From Phytoactinopolyspora alkaliphila (GTDB lineage Bacteria > Actinomycetota > Actinomycetes > Jiangellales > Jiangellaceae), in assembly GCF_010550695.1 (NCBI RefSeq), contig NZ_JAAGOB010000012.1:13844-77843 (forward strand): DNA of 64,000 nt, given 5' to 3'. Made by a program: the position numbers and the translations under genes. Shown one piece after another: positions 42,089-53,055 of this stretch. The notes beneath the pieces were generated by a model. That model was given only the letters and a program-made list of their open reading frames with translations, was not told where the DNA came from and ran no database searches. Each line of letters begins with the position of its first letter. The first letter of the stretch is position 1.

Positions 42089-42586
42089 ATGACGGCACAA
42101 TACGAGCAGGTCATCAAGGCACATGCAGAGCGTCCGGAGGTTGTTCGCAGGGTGCGTCCGCCCACGGGGCACGCGACGCTCGATCTGATCGACCATGCGC
42201 GCTCGTGCCTGGCCGAGGCGGCTTCGGCCAGCGAGGCCAACGAACGTTTCGCGGCCGCGCATTTGGCGGCGCTGCGTGCCGCGGCGGCTGTGCTCGCGGC
42301 ACGCGCGCACCCGGCTGTGCGGCGCCCGCGTGGGGTCACGGGGCGCCGGCGTGGACACGGGCCTCGCAATGTCTGGGAGCTTCTGCCCTCGGTCATGCCC
42401 GAACTCACCGAGTGGTCGGCATTCTTCGCCGCCAACGCCGGGAAGCGCGCTGCCGCTCAGGCCGGACTGCATGGCGCCGTAACACCACGGGAAGCCGATG
42501 AACTGATGCGCGACGCCGAGGCGTTCCTCGGGGTTGTGTGCGTTCTTCTCGGTTTGCCGTACCGTGAGCCGCTGGATCTCCGGTGA
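42089..42586 (+). CDS. HEPN-domain protein, SAV_6107-like family
   Basis: ATG at 42089 follows GGGAGGGA. 165 aa. The sequence LDLIDHARSCLAEA...RFAAAHLAALRAAAAVLAARA...NVWELLPSVMPELTEWSAFFAANAGKRAAAQAG matches the small actinobacterial HEPN family. Confidence 0.6.
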   Translation: MTAQYEQVIKAHAERPEVVRRVRPPTGHATLDLIDHARSCLAEAASASEANERFAAAHLAALRAAAAVLAARAHPAVRRPRGVTGRRRGHGPRNVWELLPSVMPELTEWSAFFAANAGKRAAAQAGLHGAVTPREADELMRDAEAFLGVVCVLLGLPYREPLDLR

Positions 42587-42672
42587 GTGTCCACGGCCTG
42601 TTTCCGGGACCTGAGGGACGCTCACGGGAAGCTCGGAGTACGTGACGGTGTTGTAGAGGCATAGCCAAGACA

Positions 42673-43611
42673 GTGTCTGTGCCTATTGAGGAAGTGGCCG
42701 ATATGCCGGATTCGCTTTATGTGCTAGCCGACGATGCGCCGGAACTGGACTCTCCGGTGCTCCTGTACAACCTGAGCGGGTTCGTGGATGCCGGGCGTGC
42801 TGGCGGCGGCGCCGTCGATCACCTCGTGGACAGCACCGGAGCCCAGGTACTGGCGCGGTTCGACACCGATCGGCTGGTGGACTACCGGGCTCGCCGGCCT
42901 GAGATGTACTTCGCCAACGGCAGCTTCACCGGCTACGAGCAGCCGGATCTCAGTCTTCGGCTGCTTCACGACGACGTCGGCGCCCCGTTCCTGCTGCTGT
43001 CCGGGCCGGAGCCGGACGTGATGTGGGAGGCCTTCGTGGCTGCCGTGAAGGAACTGGTGGACCGGTTCGGTGTGCGGCTCACCGTCGGGTTCCACGGGAT
43101 CCCCACTGCCACGCCCCATACGCGTCCCATCGGGATCAGTGCCTATGCCAGCCGGGACGGCCTGGTGCCGGAAGATCAACTTCTGGACATGGAGATCCGG
43201 GTCCCGGGTAGCGCAGGTTCGCTCCTCCAGTACCGCTTGGCCGAGGCCGGGTACGACGCCGTCGGCTTGATCGCGAGAGTTCCGCACTATCTCGCCGAAT
43301 CCGAGTATCCCCAGGCATCGGTCAGCATGCTTCGCTCGGTGAGTTCGGTCACCGGCCTCCTGCTGCCCGTCGGGGCCCTCGTGGACGCTTCGGAGAAGGC
43401 TGAGCAGATGGTGAGCGAACAGGTAGCGGGCAACGAACAGGTGGCGCGAGTGGTGGAGGCGCTGGAGACTCAGTACGACGCGTTCGACGGTGGCGAGTCG
43501 CGGGGCAGCCTCGTTGCGGAGTTGAAGGCCATGCCTACAGCGGATGAGATCGGTGCCGAGTTCGAGCGGTATCTGTCCGAGGCGGACCCACCAGATGACA
43601 TCGAGAGCTGA
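42673..43611 (+). CDS. PAC2 (proteasome assembly chaperone 2-like) family protein
   Basis: 312 aa conserved actinobacterial PAC2-family protein, with LYNLSGFVDAGRAG and GFHGIPTATPHTRP segments. Confidence 0.7.
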   Translation: MSVPIEEVADMPDSLYVLADDAPELDSPVLLYNLSGFVDAGRAGGGAVDHLVDSTGAQVLARFDTDRLVDYRARRPEMYFANGSFTGYEQPDLSLRLLHDDVGAPFLLLSGPEPDVMWEAFVAAVKELVDRFGVRLTVGFHGIPTATPHTRPIGISAYASRDGLVPEDQLLDMEIRVPGSAGSLLQYRLAEAGYDAVGLIARVPHYLAESEYPQASVSMLRSVSSVTGLLLPVGALVDASEKAEQMVSEQVAGNEQVARVVEALETQYDAFDGGESRGSLVAELKAMPTADEIGAEFERYLSEADPPDDIES

Positions 43612-43657
43612 CAGGCCCGGCGCCGGCGCCTGCCATGCGCAGAGTTAGGCTCGATGA

Positions 43658-43969
43658 GTGCAGCGAGACGCGCTTCCTTTCTATCGGGTGATGGCCTATG
43701 CCACGGGTGTGTTCCTGCTCGTGCTGTGTGTGGCGATGTTCGTGCGCTACGGACCCCCGGATAATCCGAGCATGAGCCAGATCGTTTCGCCGATTCACGG
43801 ATGGCTCTATGTCGTGTATCTGGTGGCTGCCGGCCTGTTGGTGTACCAGCGAGGGTGGAAGGGCACCCGCGCGGTTCTCATCGCCGCGGCGGGAACCATC
43901 CCGCTCGCCTCGTTCTTCGCCGAGCGGTACGTCGTCAGGAAGGCACGCGAGGAAGCCCGGGTTCGCTGA
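43658..43969 (+). CDS. Small integral membrane protein, DUF3817-like
   Basis: 103 aa with three TM helices and a RYV...HGWLYVVY motif. The last 35 nt overlap the 3' end of the convergent SURF1 paralog. Confidence 0.55.
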   Translation: MQRDALPFYRVMAYATGVFLLVLCVAMFVRYGPPDNPSMSQIVSPIHGWLYVVYLVAAGLLVYQRGWKGTRAVLIAAAGTIPLASFFAERYVVRKAREEARVR

Positions 43970-44726
43970 CGCTCGCGTCCTGCTCATTCGTGGCGCGGCG
44001 ACGTGAACGAATCGAAGCGCGCATCGCGGAGGCCCAGAACACCAGCGCCGCCGCGGCGAAAACCCACCACTGTGCCCCGTACGAGAAGTTCTGCCACGGA
44101 TTGACGTTGCGGATCGGGGCAACGTCATCCACGTCCAGCTCTTCCACATCCCCGGCCGGCGGAACCTGCGAGTTCAGCAGGAGGTATCCGCGGACGGTTT
44201 CGCCTGCCGGCAGGCCCGTGGCCTCGGCGACGCGCGCCGGCGCGATGTAGGCGAGCTCGTCCGGCTCGAGGACTTGACCGCTGCGTACCGTGGCGTGTTC
44301 CGGGGTTTCGGGCGGCAGGACGTGACCAGTGATCGCGACACGCGTGCTCGCGGGTTCCTGCGCTGTCTCGGGTTCCATCACCCAGCCGCGCACCACCGGG
44401 ATCACGGTGCCGTCGTCGGACCGCAACGGCGTCAGGACATACCAGCCGAGGACGCCGTCGCGGATACGGCCGGGGACGAGGTGCTGGAGTTCGGCCATGT
44501 ATCTGCCCTCAGCACGCACCGCGCGATCCGCCGCGGCGTCGATGGGCTCGTCCGGACCGATCAGCTCCTGAACCAGCACCGGCTCGCGGTCGCGATCGGC
44601 GTGGCGGCCATGGCTGTCTTCATAGGCGCCGAACTGCCACCAGCCCGCGTAGATACAGAACGCGATGGCCAGTATGAACGCGACATGCGCCGCGATCCAG
44701 CGAGGTGTCAGGAGATACCGGAGCAC
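43935..44726 (-). CDS. SURF1-family protein, paralog 2
   Basis: 263 aa with an N-terminal TM helix plus GWWQF, and the C-terminal signature FSYGAQWWVFAAAALVFW. Confidence 0.8.
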   Translation of the reverse strand: MLRYLLTPRWIAAHVAFILAIAFCIYAGWWQFGAYEDSHGRHADRDREPVLVQELIGPDEPIDAAADRAVRAEGRYMAELQHLVPGRIRDGVLGWYVLTPLRSDDGTVIPVVRGWVMEPETAQEPASTRVAITGHVLPPETPEHATVRSGQVLEPDELAYIAPARVAEATGLPAGETVRGYLLLNSQVPPAGDVEELDVDDVAPIRNVNPWQNFSYGAQWWVFAAAALVFWASAMRASIRSRRRATNEQDASVSEPGLPRVPS

Positions 44727-45008
44727 CTCTTCACGGTAGTGCCTCGACCGGCCGCCGGCACGTGCACCCTATGTCACACCGGCCACGTGACGACGATCGT
44801 GTGAGACGGCATCGGGGCGTGCTGTCCGGAGTGTGAGAGACAGAACAGATAATTCGTGAGGAATGTGATCTCTTTGTGCACGCTTCGGTCACTATTTCGG
44901 CTGGCGTGATGAACAGCGCAAGGGGGTGAGAGTAGGCTTCTACGCATCTGATGTGGGGGAACAGATCAACGTCACGCAGATCAACCATGACCATGATGGG
45001 GAAAGAGA

Positions 45009-45788
45009 ATGCAGATGACCCGACCGCACCCGCTGACGGCGATGAGGGAACGGGAGTGGTCGCAGGCGTGGGAAGAGCAGCAGCGCATCGTCGACGAGCA
45101 GTTGAACTCGCAGCGCGGCAGCTGGTTGCCGAATGTCATCGAGCGTCGCAGGTGGGGTGCCATGCGATGGACATCTGGTCGGCCCAGCCACGCGGCCACG
45201 TCAGGCAGGGCGGTCGCCGAGACCTTCGTCGTCCTCCGGCCTGATGCGGCCGGCGACACGCTCGATCAGGTGATGGAGACGCTGAAGGATCCCGCGCCGG
45301 TTGTGCGCGCGGTGGGTTTCGGGCTGCAAAGACATCACGTCATCGGCTTGGTGTCAGGTGCTGCCGCGCTTGGTGTCGTGGCAGCCGTTGGCGTCGCGCT
45401 CGCCGGCGCCGGTCCATGGGGAATGATCATTGCGGTGCTCCTCGGCGCGATAGCCGGCGCGGTAGCGGGCGGCTTCGCGGCCGGATACGCGGTGGAGCGG
45501 CAGCGTTCCGCTCTCCTCAGCGACGAGGATCGCCTGCGTGTGGTCGTCGGGCGTTACGCGTCGAAATCGTGGAGCCGGTTGGTGGAAGCGGCGTCGGCTC
45601 TAGAAGGGGCGCTTCCCAAGGAGGCCGGCAAGAACCTGGAAGATCCGGATACTCAGACCGTGGAAGCCATCCATATCGCGATGTGGGAGGCGGCCGGCCT
45701 GCTGCTGACGTCGTCGGACCACACGGGCGTGGACGTGCTGGCCGAGGGCGTGGAGCGGCTGGAGCGCGCCCACCGGGGCAGCGCCTAG
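45009..45788 (+). CDS. Hypothetical membrane protein
   Basis: 259 aa with a Gly/Ala-zipper TM region (GAAALGVVAAVGVALAGAGPWGMIIAVLLGAIAGAVAGGFAAGYA) and no recognisable domain. It is preceded by a 280-bp AT-richer intergenic region. Confidence 0.5.
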   Translation: MQMTRPHPLTAMREREWSQAWEEQQRIVDEQLNSQRGSWLPNVIERRRWGAMRWTSGRPSHAATSGRAVAETFVVLRPDAAGDTLDQVMETLKDPAPVVRAVGFGLQRHHVIGLVSGAAALGVVAAVGVALAGAGPWGMIIAVLLGAIAGAVAGGFAAGYAVERQRSALLSDEDRLRVVVGRYASKSWSRLVEAASALEGALPKEAGKNLEDPDTQTVEAIHIAMWEAAGLLLTSSDHTGVDVLAEGVERLERAHRGSA

Positions 45789-45832
45789 ACAGCGGCCGTC
45801 TGGGCGGCATGGGACGCCTGATCTCGTGGCGC

Positions 45833-47383
45833 TCAGCTGGTCAGCCACGGCGCTAGGCGTCGCACTGAGGCGATCGTGTCGGCCTCGTCTGCCGGTTTGT
45901 CCTGGCGGTACCGCAACACCCGGGCGAAGCGAAGCGCGAGCCCCGCAGGGTATCTCGGTGACGTCTGGACGCCGTCGAAGGCGATCTCGACGACGAGTTC
46001 GGGACGTACCGGGACTGACCATTCGCGGGTGGAGCCGGTGGCGAGGCGTTGGAGCTGCTCGGTCTGCCACGTCAGGATCTGGTCGGTCAGGCCCTTGAAG
46101 GTCTTGCCGAGCATGACGAAGCCGCCGGGCGGGCCGTACTCACCGTCGGGATCACGTGCTCCCAGATGGAGGTTGGAGAGCCAGCCCTGCCGGCGCCCGT
46201 GTCCCCATTCTGCGGCCAGTACGACCAGGTCGAGAGTGTGCCGCGGCTTCACCTTGAGCCAGCTGGCGCCGCGGCGGCCGGCTTCGTAGGGCGCCGAGAG
46301 AGATTTGACGACGACGCCTTCGTGGCCGTGGCCGAGGGCGTCGTCAAGAAACGCCTGGGCCTCGGTGACGTCGGCCGTGACGATCCGGGGCACCCTCTGC
46401 GACACCGGCGCGAGCTCGGCCAGCACGTCCCACCGGTCCCGCGCCGATGCACCCTCGAGATCGTCTCCTTCGGCGTGGAGACAATCGAAATAGAAGACCG
46501 ACAGGGGCGTCTCGGCCCGGGCGTGGACCACGTCTGTACGGTGTCCGATCCGCGAGGATGTGCGCTGGAATGGGAGCGGCCGGCCGGTGACGTCGAGCGC
46601 GATGGCCTCCCCGTCGAGCACGAACGGACTGCGGGGGAGCGCGCGGGCGGATTCGACTATCTCGGGTACCCGAGCCGTGATGTCATCGAGTGTGCGGGTG
46701 AAGACCCCGACGTCGTCGCCGCTCCGGTGCACCTGTACCCGGACGCCGTCGATCTTCCACTCGATGCCGGCCTCGCCTGCCTGCTCGAGCGCCTCGGCCA
46801 GTCCGGTCGAGGGCGACGCGAGCATCGGGCGCAACGGCGACCCGACAGTCAGGCGGAAGCGCTCGAGTCCGGCGGCGCCATCGGCCAGCACGGCGGCCGC
46901 CACCGGGACGAGCGCCCCCGCCATCATCACCGCGCGCCGGATGTCTCGGGACGGCACGCCGGCCGCCTCGGCCACAGCCTCGGTGAGCACGCCGTCGAGC
47001 GCTCCCTGGCGCACCTCGCCGGTGATCAGACCACCGAGCAGGCGCTGCTCGCTGGCCGTGGCCTTGCTCATGAGCGCGTGGAAGGCCGCGCGCTTGGCCG
47101 TCGTGGACCCCGGACCTGCCAGGGCCGAGATGCGATCGAGCTCGTGGTGGACGTCGAGCACCGTGAGCACCGGCTCCGTCGCCGGGCCGGGAGCGGCGCG
47201 CAGTGCCGCGTAACCGAGTCCGGTGCGGCGTTGCCGAAGCTCGCCGGCGAGATAGCTGGCGGTGACCTCGGCCTCCTGCGGCGCGGCCCGCTCCAGGCAT
47301 GCCGCGAGGAGGGCCGTCTTGCGCAGCCGGCCCCCGGCCTGCGCGACCGCCTGTGACGTGTCAGCCACTTCTACGAACAGCAT
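45833..47383 (-). CDS. ligB: ATP-dependent DNA ligase (LigB type)
   Basis: 516 aa with the adenylation motif EWKIDGVRVQVH (KxDG) and OB-fold and DNA-binding domains. Confidence 0.9.
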   Translation of the reverse strand: MLFVEVADTSQAVAQAGGRLRKTALLAACLERAAPQEAEVTASYLAGELRQRRTGLGYAALRAAPGPATEPVLTVLDVHHELDRISALAGPGSTTAKRAAFHALMSKATASEQRLLGGLITGEVRQGALDGVLTEAVAEAAGVPSRDIRRAVMMAGALVPVAAAVLADGAAGLERFRLTVGSPLRPMLASPSTGLAEALEQAGEAGIEWKIDGVRVQVHRSGDDVGVFTRTLDDITARVPEIVESARALPRSPFVLDGEAIALDVTGRPLPFQRTSSRIGHRTDVVHARAETPLSVFYFDCLHAEGDDLEGASARDRWDVLAELAPVSQRVPRIVTADVTEAQAFLDDALGHGHEGVVVKSLSAPYEAGRRGASWLKVKPRHTLDLVVLAAEWGHGRRQGWLSNLHLGARDPDGEYGPPGGFVMLGKTFKGLTDQILTWQTEQLQRLATGSTREWSVPVRPELVVEIAFDGVQTSPRYPAGLALRFARVLRYRQDKPADEADTIASVRRLAPWLTS

Positions 47384-47514
47384 GCGCCAAGTCTGCCTGT
47401 GACCACTGACAACCGCCTAGTGTCTGCGAACCAGGTTCCCTGACCGGAAAGAAGACCTGGTTGACGGGACACTCGGGCACGCGGTGCTCGTCCGCGGACG
47501 GCCGGCATCCGCGA

Positions 47515-48885
47515 TCACGTCGCGTCGGCGTCGCTTCCGAGGGTGATCTCCGCGGTGTTCTCCGCACCGTCGCGGACGTAGGTGAGTGTGACCTCGTCAC
47601 CGGGACGGTAGGAACGAGCGGCCGCGATCAGTGTGATGTGGTCGGTGACAACACGATCGTTGAGCTTGGTGATGATGTCACCCTCTTGCAGGCCGGCTTC
47701 GGCCGCGCTGCCGCCGGGCTCGACCTCACGGACCAGCGCGCCGCGCGTGCCGTCGCGCGGGGTGTCCACGCCTATGCCGATCCGTGCATGTGTGGCTGAA
47801 CCGGTCTCGAGGAGCTCCTCGGCGATGGGCCTGGCCTGATCGACAGGGATGGAGAAGCCCAAGCCGATCGAGCCGGTGTCCATGCCGGAGGTGGCGATCG
47901 CGCTGTTGATGCCGACCACCTCACCCGCCATGTTGACGAGCGGACCGCCGGAGTTGCCCCGGTTGATCGGCGCGTCGGTCTGGATGGCGTCGATGAAGGT
48001 CTGGGAACTCTGGTCCTCGCCGGTGATGATCGGCCGCTCCAGCGCCGAGATGATGCCGCTCGTCACCGTTCCTTCCAGACCGAGCGGAGAACCGATCGCG
48101 ACGACCTGCTCGCCCACCGCCAGGTCCGCGGAGTTGCCCAGCGCCGCCGGGGTGACTCCCTCCACGTCCTGAGCCTGGATGACCGCAAGATCGGTCAGAG
48201 GATCGGTTCCGATGATCTCGGCTTCGGCGGTGGTCCCGTCGCTGAACGTGACCTGCAGGGCGCTGCCCGGGCCACCGGCGGCCACGACGTGGTTGTTGGT
48301 CAGGATCTCGCCGTCGGAGGAGATGATGACACCGGTGCCGGTCCCGCTGGCGCCCATCTGACCGCCCACGGTGATCGAGACGACGCTGGGCAGCACTTGT
48401 TCGGCTACGGCCTCAACGCCGCCCCGGGGAGAGTCGGTCGATCCCGCCGGCGTGCCGTTGTTCGGCGTCAGGCTGCTCTGCACGCCTTCCTGGGAGGCGG
48501 GGGAGTCTTCGTCGAGCCACGAATACGCCGCCGCGCCGGAACCGCCGCCGAGAACGGCGCCGATGGCCAGGCCGGCGAGCAGCATCCGCCCGCGGCCGGC
48601 CTTCTTCTCCGGTGGCGTGCTCGCGGGTGCCGCGAAGACGGCGGTTTCAGCCGGGGGCACAGCGCCGCCGGGCTCCCTGTGTGGATCCGGTGACATCGAC
48701 GGGTTCCCGGTGCCCGTGTGCGCTGCCCTGCTCTGCCATGGAGAGGACGACCCGGGCGCACCGGGACCAGCCGACCAGCCGGTCTCACCTGGGCGCGGCG
48801 TGCCTGGTGGCGGTGGCGGAGCAGAAGAGCTGGCAGTCTCAGAGCTGGAGGGCAGCCGGGTGGTGCCGTGAGGTGTCTCGTTCAT
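47515..48885 (-). CDS. HtrA/DegP-family serine protease with a Pro-rich N-terminus and C-terminal PDZ (PepD-like)
   Basis: The catalytic triad context is present: His in TNNHVV, Asp in DLAV, and GNSGGPLV. It has a TM helix and a PDZ domain, and lies directly downstream of a histidine kinase / response regulator pair, as in mprA-mprB-pepD. Confidence 0.88.
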   Translation of the reverse strand: MNETPHGTTRLPSSSETASSSAPPPPPGTPRPGETGWSAGPGAPGSSSPWQSRAAHTGTGNPSMSPDPHREPGGAVPPAETAVFAAPASTPPEKKAGRGRMLLAGLAIGAVLGGGSGAAAYSWLDEDSPASQEGVQSSLTPNNGTPAGSTDSPRGGVEAVAEQVLPSVVSITVGGQMGASGTGTGVIISSDGEILTNNHVVAAGGPGSALQVTFSDGTTAEAEIIGTDPLTDLAVIQAQDVEGVTPAALGNSADLAVGEQVVAIGSPLGLEGTVTSGIISALERPIITGEDQSSQTFIDAIQTDAPINRGNSGGPLVNMAGEVVGINSAIATSGMDTGSIGLGFSIPVDQARPIAEELLETGSATHARIGIGVDTPRDGTRGALVREVEPGGSAAEAGLQEGDIITKLNDRVVTDHITLIAAARSYRPGDEVTLTYVRDGAENTAEITLGSDADAT

Positions 48886-48934
48886 GAGATTACTGTTTCC
48901 CGGAACGCTGAAAACAACCTGAGATTTGGCCTAA

Positions 48935-50373
48935 TCACTGCGAAGAAGCGGCCGGCACCGACATCGTCAGCCGGGCGCCTCCATCGGGGTTGCGATCCGC
49001 GTGCACGGCGCCGCCGTGGCGCACGGCAGCGGCCCGGACGATCGCCAGGCCCAGGCCGGAGCCGGGGCGGCCTCGCGCCTCTTTGGAGCGGTAGAAGCGC
49101 TCGAACACATACGGCAGGTCTTCGTCGGCGATGCCGGGTCCCTCATCCCTGACCTCCAGCGTGCCGTCGCGGAGGGTGACTGAGACCGTACCGTGGCGCG
49201 GGCTGTACTTGGCGGCATTGTCGAGAAGGTTGGTGACGGCGCGGCCGAGCAGCCGGGCGTCGCCGTCGACCGGCCAGGGCCGCAGGTCAGCGGAGAACAC
49301 CACGCCGGGTGCGCGCCGCCGCACTCGGACCAGCGCATCGCGGATCACGTCGGCGAAGTCCACGCGCTCCCGGGACGCCTGCGGCGGGTCTTCTCGAGAC
49401 AGTTCGACGAGGTCGCCCATCAGTTGCGAGAGCTCCTCGGCCTGGGCTCGGACGTCGGCGATGATCTGGGCCCGCTCGTCGGGGTGCAATCCGCCTTCCC
49501 GATCGCTCTGCGCCAGCAGGTCGAGGTTGGTCCGCATGCTCGTCAGCGGGGTGCGCAGCTCGTGGCCAGCGTCGGCAACCAGCCGGGCTTGGCGTGAGCG
49601 AGCCTCGTCGAGCGCTGCCAGCATGGCGTTGAACGCGTGCGCGAGGCGCGCGATCTCGTCGTTCCCCTCCACCTCGATGGGATCCAGGCGCTGCGTACGG
49701 GTGACATGCTCCGCCGCCTCGGTGAGCCTGCGCACCGGCCGCAGTCCCGCCTGGGCGATCGACACGCCGGCCCAGGCGGCCACGACAATGCCGATGCCGC
49801 CGACAACCATCGATACCACCTGAAGGCGGTCCAGTGTCTTCTCCGTCTGTTCCGTCGACTGGCTCAGTACCAGCGCGAACCCGCTCCCGGCGGGAACGGC
49901 GACCACTCGGTACGCCTCGCCCCCCAGACTGGCGGTCCGCACGCTGAGCTGGTCGGCACCCTGGGCGACCGCGAGCTCGGGCTCCTCCAGCGGTGGCGCG
50001 TTCTCCTCACCGCCGGCCACCCACGCGGTGACTTGCTCTCCTTCGGAGAAGACGATCGCCAGCCGGATACCGACCGCGAGCAATGCGTCCGCCGGTACCG
50101 TGTCGATCGTGGACCGATCACCCAGCGAGGACGAGACCACGTCGTGAGCGCGCTCGATGAGGTTCTCGTCGACGCTCCGGGTCAGCTGTGTGGACACGGT
50201 GAGGTACGCGGCCAGCGCGGTCAGCGTCACGGCGAGGCCGACGCTGAGGGCTGCCAGCGCTCCGACACGGGTCCGAAGCGAGACGCGGCGGAGCGTCCCC
50301 CGGGAGGCATGACCGTCCTGGCGCGGGGACTCGGTGGACGACGGAGGGGGAGGCGGTGGCGGCGCGGATACGG

Positions 50374-50377
<4 letters not shown>
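48935..50377 (-). CDS. Sensor histidine kinase (MprB-like)
   Basis: 480 aa with TM helices, a HAMP region, the H-box [17 protein letters not shown], and an HATPase_c domain carrying the G1/G2 boxes. Confidence 0.9.
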
Positions 50378-51075
<698 letters not shown>

Positions 51076-51139
51076 CGCCGACGTGAGAAACGCCTGAGAG
51101 ATCAGCGTGTCGCGCCGTCTCGTGACTCCATACGATGCA

Positions 51140-52591
51140 CTAGGACGCCGGCGGGGCGCCGGCTTCGTCGGACATCTCGGGCCATTCGGCGGGCGACAAG
51201 TCGGCGTCGTCGGAGGCGAACGTACGGACCGGACCTGGCGGTGTACCGGCGGACTCGAACCTCACGGTCACCCGGCTCAGCCCGCTGCCCCACACCCAGC
51301 CGGCGCCGTGCACGGCGTGGACGACGTCCATGCCGGGAACCCAGCGCCGTTCGGCGTGGACGGCGGCGTCGAGGTCTTCCTCGCCCGGTCTCGGGTCGCC
51401 CGTGCCGGCGTCGTGGACCGCCGCGAAGAGGTCGTCCTGAACCCAGTCGGACAGTCCTGACACCCCCACGCCGAGGAGCCGGATGCCATTGGACGTGTCG
51501 ATCTCCTGGAGCAGTTGAACAGCGAGCCTGACCACCGCCCGGGCATCGTCCGTGGGTCCGGGGAGCGTAGCCGACCGGGAGTAGGTGGTGAAGTCGTGCA
51601 GACGGGCTTTGAGCGTGATGGTGCGCCCAGAATGTCCCGCGCGCACGAGGCGCTCGGTCACCTTCTCCGCCATCCGGGTGACCAGAGCGGTCAGGAGCGC
51701 GGGATCGGTGATGTCGCGGTCGAAGGTATCCTCCACGCTGATCGACTTCGAGGCTCGCTCGGAGCTGACCCGCCGCTCGTCGCGTCCATGCGCGAGATGG
51801 AACAATGACCGCCCGTGCGACTCTCCGAGGAGGTCGATGAGCTCGGCCTCGGTGATCCGGGCCAGGTCGCCGACGGTGCGCACACCAAGCCGGGCCACCC
51901 TCGCGGCGGTGGCCGGGCCGACGCCCGGCAGGGCACGCACCGGAAGCGGATGCAAGACGTCGATCTCGCGGCCGGGCTCGACGATCACCAGGCCATCCGG
52001 CTTGGCCATCTCGGAGGCGATCTTCGCGAGCGTCTTGGACGTGGCGGCGCCGACGCTGGCGGTCAAACCGGTGCGCTCACGAATGGTGGAACGCAGCCGC
52101 TCACCGAGGGCACGGACCGCGTCAGCGGGCAACGGCGCGTCGCTCCCGGCCGCCAGGTCGACGAACGCCTCATCGAGCGAGAGCGGCTCCACCAGGGGCG
52201 AGAGCGTGTGCAACTGGTCCATGACCACCCGGCTGACGGCTCGGTAGGCCGGGAAGCGCCCACCGAGGTAGGCCGCGTGCGGGCAGCGTGCCCTGGCCTC
52301 GGATATCGGCATGGCCGAACGGACGCCGTACTCACGGGCCTCGTACGACGCTGTGGACACTACACCGCGCGGCCCGAGTCCGCCGACGACGACCGGGCGC
52401 CCACGCAACGACGGTTTGTCGCGCTGCTCGACCGCGGCGAAGAAGGCGTCCAGATCAAGGTGCAGCACGGTCGGATCGCGGCGCGTGGTCACTCCGCGCC
52501 CGCCTTGCTCGATGCCGCACGCACGTTCTAATCCTGCCACGAACGGGTGTGACGTGTCCGAATCCACCCGGCTCGCGTTAGTCTCGATCAC
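51140..52591 (-). CDS. dinB: DNA polymerase IV (Y-family)
   Basis: The sequence [29 protein letters not shown] is the canonical Y-family start. The true start is probably an internal GTG/ATG near it (V of [18 protein letters not shown]); the 483-aa ORF has an N-terminal excess. Confidence 0.88.
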   Translation of the reverse strand: MIETNASRVDSDTSHPFVAGLERACGIEQGGRGVTTRRDPTVLHLDLDAFFAAVEQRDKPSLRGRPVVVGGLGPRGVVSTASYEAREYGVRSAMPISEARARCPHAAYLGGRFPAYRAVSRVVMDQLHTLSPLVEPLSLDEAFVDLAAGSDAPLPADAVRALGERLRSTIRERTGLTASVGAATSKTLAKIASEMAKPDGLVIVEPGREIDVLHPLPVRALPGVGPATAARVARLGVRTVGDLARITEAELIDLLGESHGRSLFHLAHGRDERRVSSERASKSISVEDTFDRDITDPALLTALVTRMAEKVTERLVRAGHSGRTITLKARLHDFTTYSRSATLPGPTDDARAVVRLAVQLLQEIDTSNGIRLLGVGVSGLSDWVQDDLFAAVHDAGTGDPRPGEEDLDAAVHAERRWVPGMDVVHAVHGAGWVWGSGLSRVTVRFESAGTPPGPVRTFASDDADLSPAEWPEMSDEAGAPPAS

Positions 52592-52602
52592 GCCGCAGGC
52601 CA

Positions 52603-53055
52603 GTGTCGACCGAAGGAAGGCGAGAGGCGATGACCGCGATCGTTGTGGGATACATCCCCAAACCGGAGGGTCGTGCCGCGTTGCGGCGCGCGGCGGAGGA
52701 AGCGAAGCTGCGCGGGGCGCGCCTCGTGGTCGTCCACTCCGAACGCAGCGGCCGCGATCTGGCCGACGGCGAGGTCGAGACGGAGGACGCGCAGCTCGAG
52801 GTCGCGCGCAAGGAGCTCGCCGATGCAGGAATCGAGGCCGAGGTCCGCCAGCTGGCGCGGGGTGCCGACGTCGCCGAGGACCTCATCTCGGTCGCCGCCG
52901 AGACGGCCGCGGACTTCATCGTCATCGGGCTGCGCCGGCGAAGCCCCGTGGGCAAGCTGATCCTGGGTAGCAACGCGCAGCGGATTCTCCTCGACGCCCC
53001 GTGTCCGGTGCTCGCGGTGAAGGCCGACGACGCGGCGGACCAGGGGGGCGCGTGA
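52603..53055 (+). CDS. Universal stress protein (UspA family)
   Basis: 150 aa with the ATP-binding motif FIVIGLRRRSPVGKLILGSNAQRIL. The start may be Met-10 (MTAIVVGY). Confidence 0.85.
   Translation: MSTEGRREAMTAIVVGYIPKPEGRAALRRAAEEAKLRGARLVVVHSERSGRDLADGEVETEDAQLEVARKELADAGIEAEVRQLARGADVAEDLISVAAETAADFIVIGLRRRSPVGKLILGSNAQRILLDAPCPVLAVKADDAADQGGA

Noticed and set aside
41990-42625. 212-aa N-terminal extension of the CrtI-like ORF (40583..42625, minus strand)
   Set aside because: The Rossmann GxGxxG motif (VARVVVVGAGIAG) marks the true N-terminus. The extension overlaps the divergent HEPN gene region and is Arg-rich GC-frame noise.
47431-47468. Inverted repeat AACCAGGT..ACCTGGTT between the ligase and pepD-like genes
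   Set aside because: It sits on the 5' side of the ligase gene and the 3' side of pepD. It has no U-tract and an ambiguous role, so it is not called as a feature.
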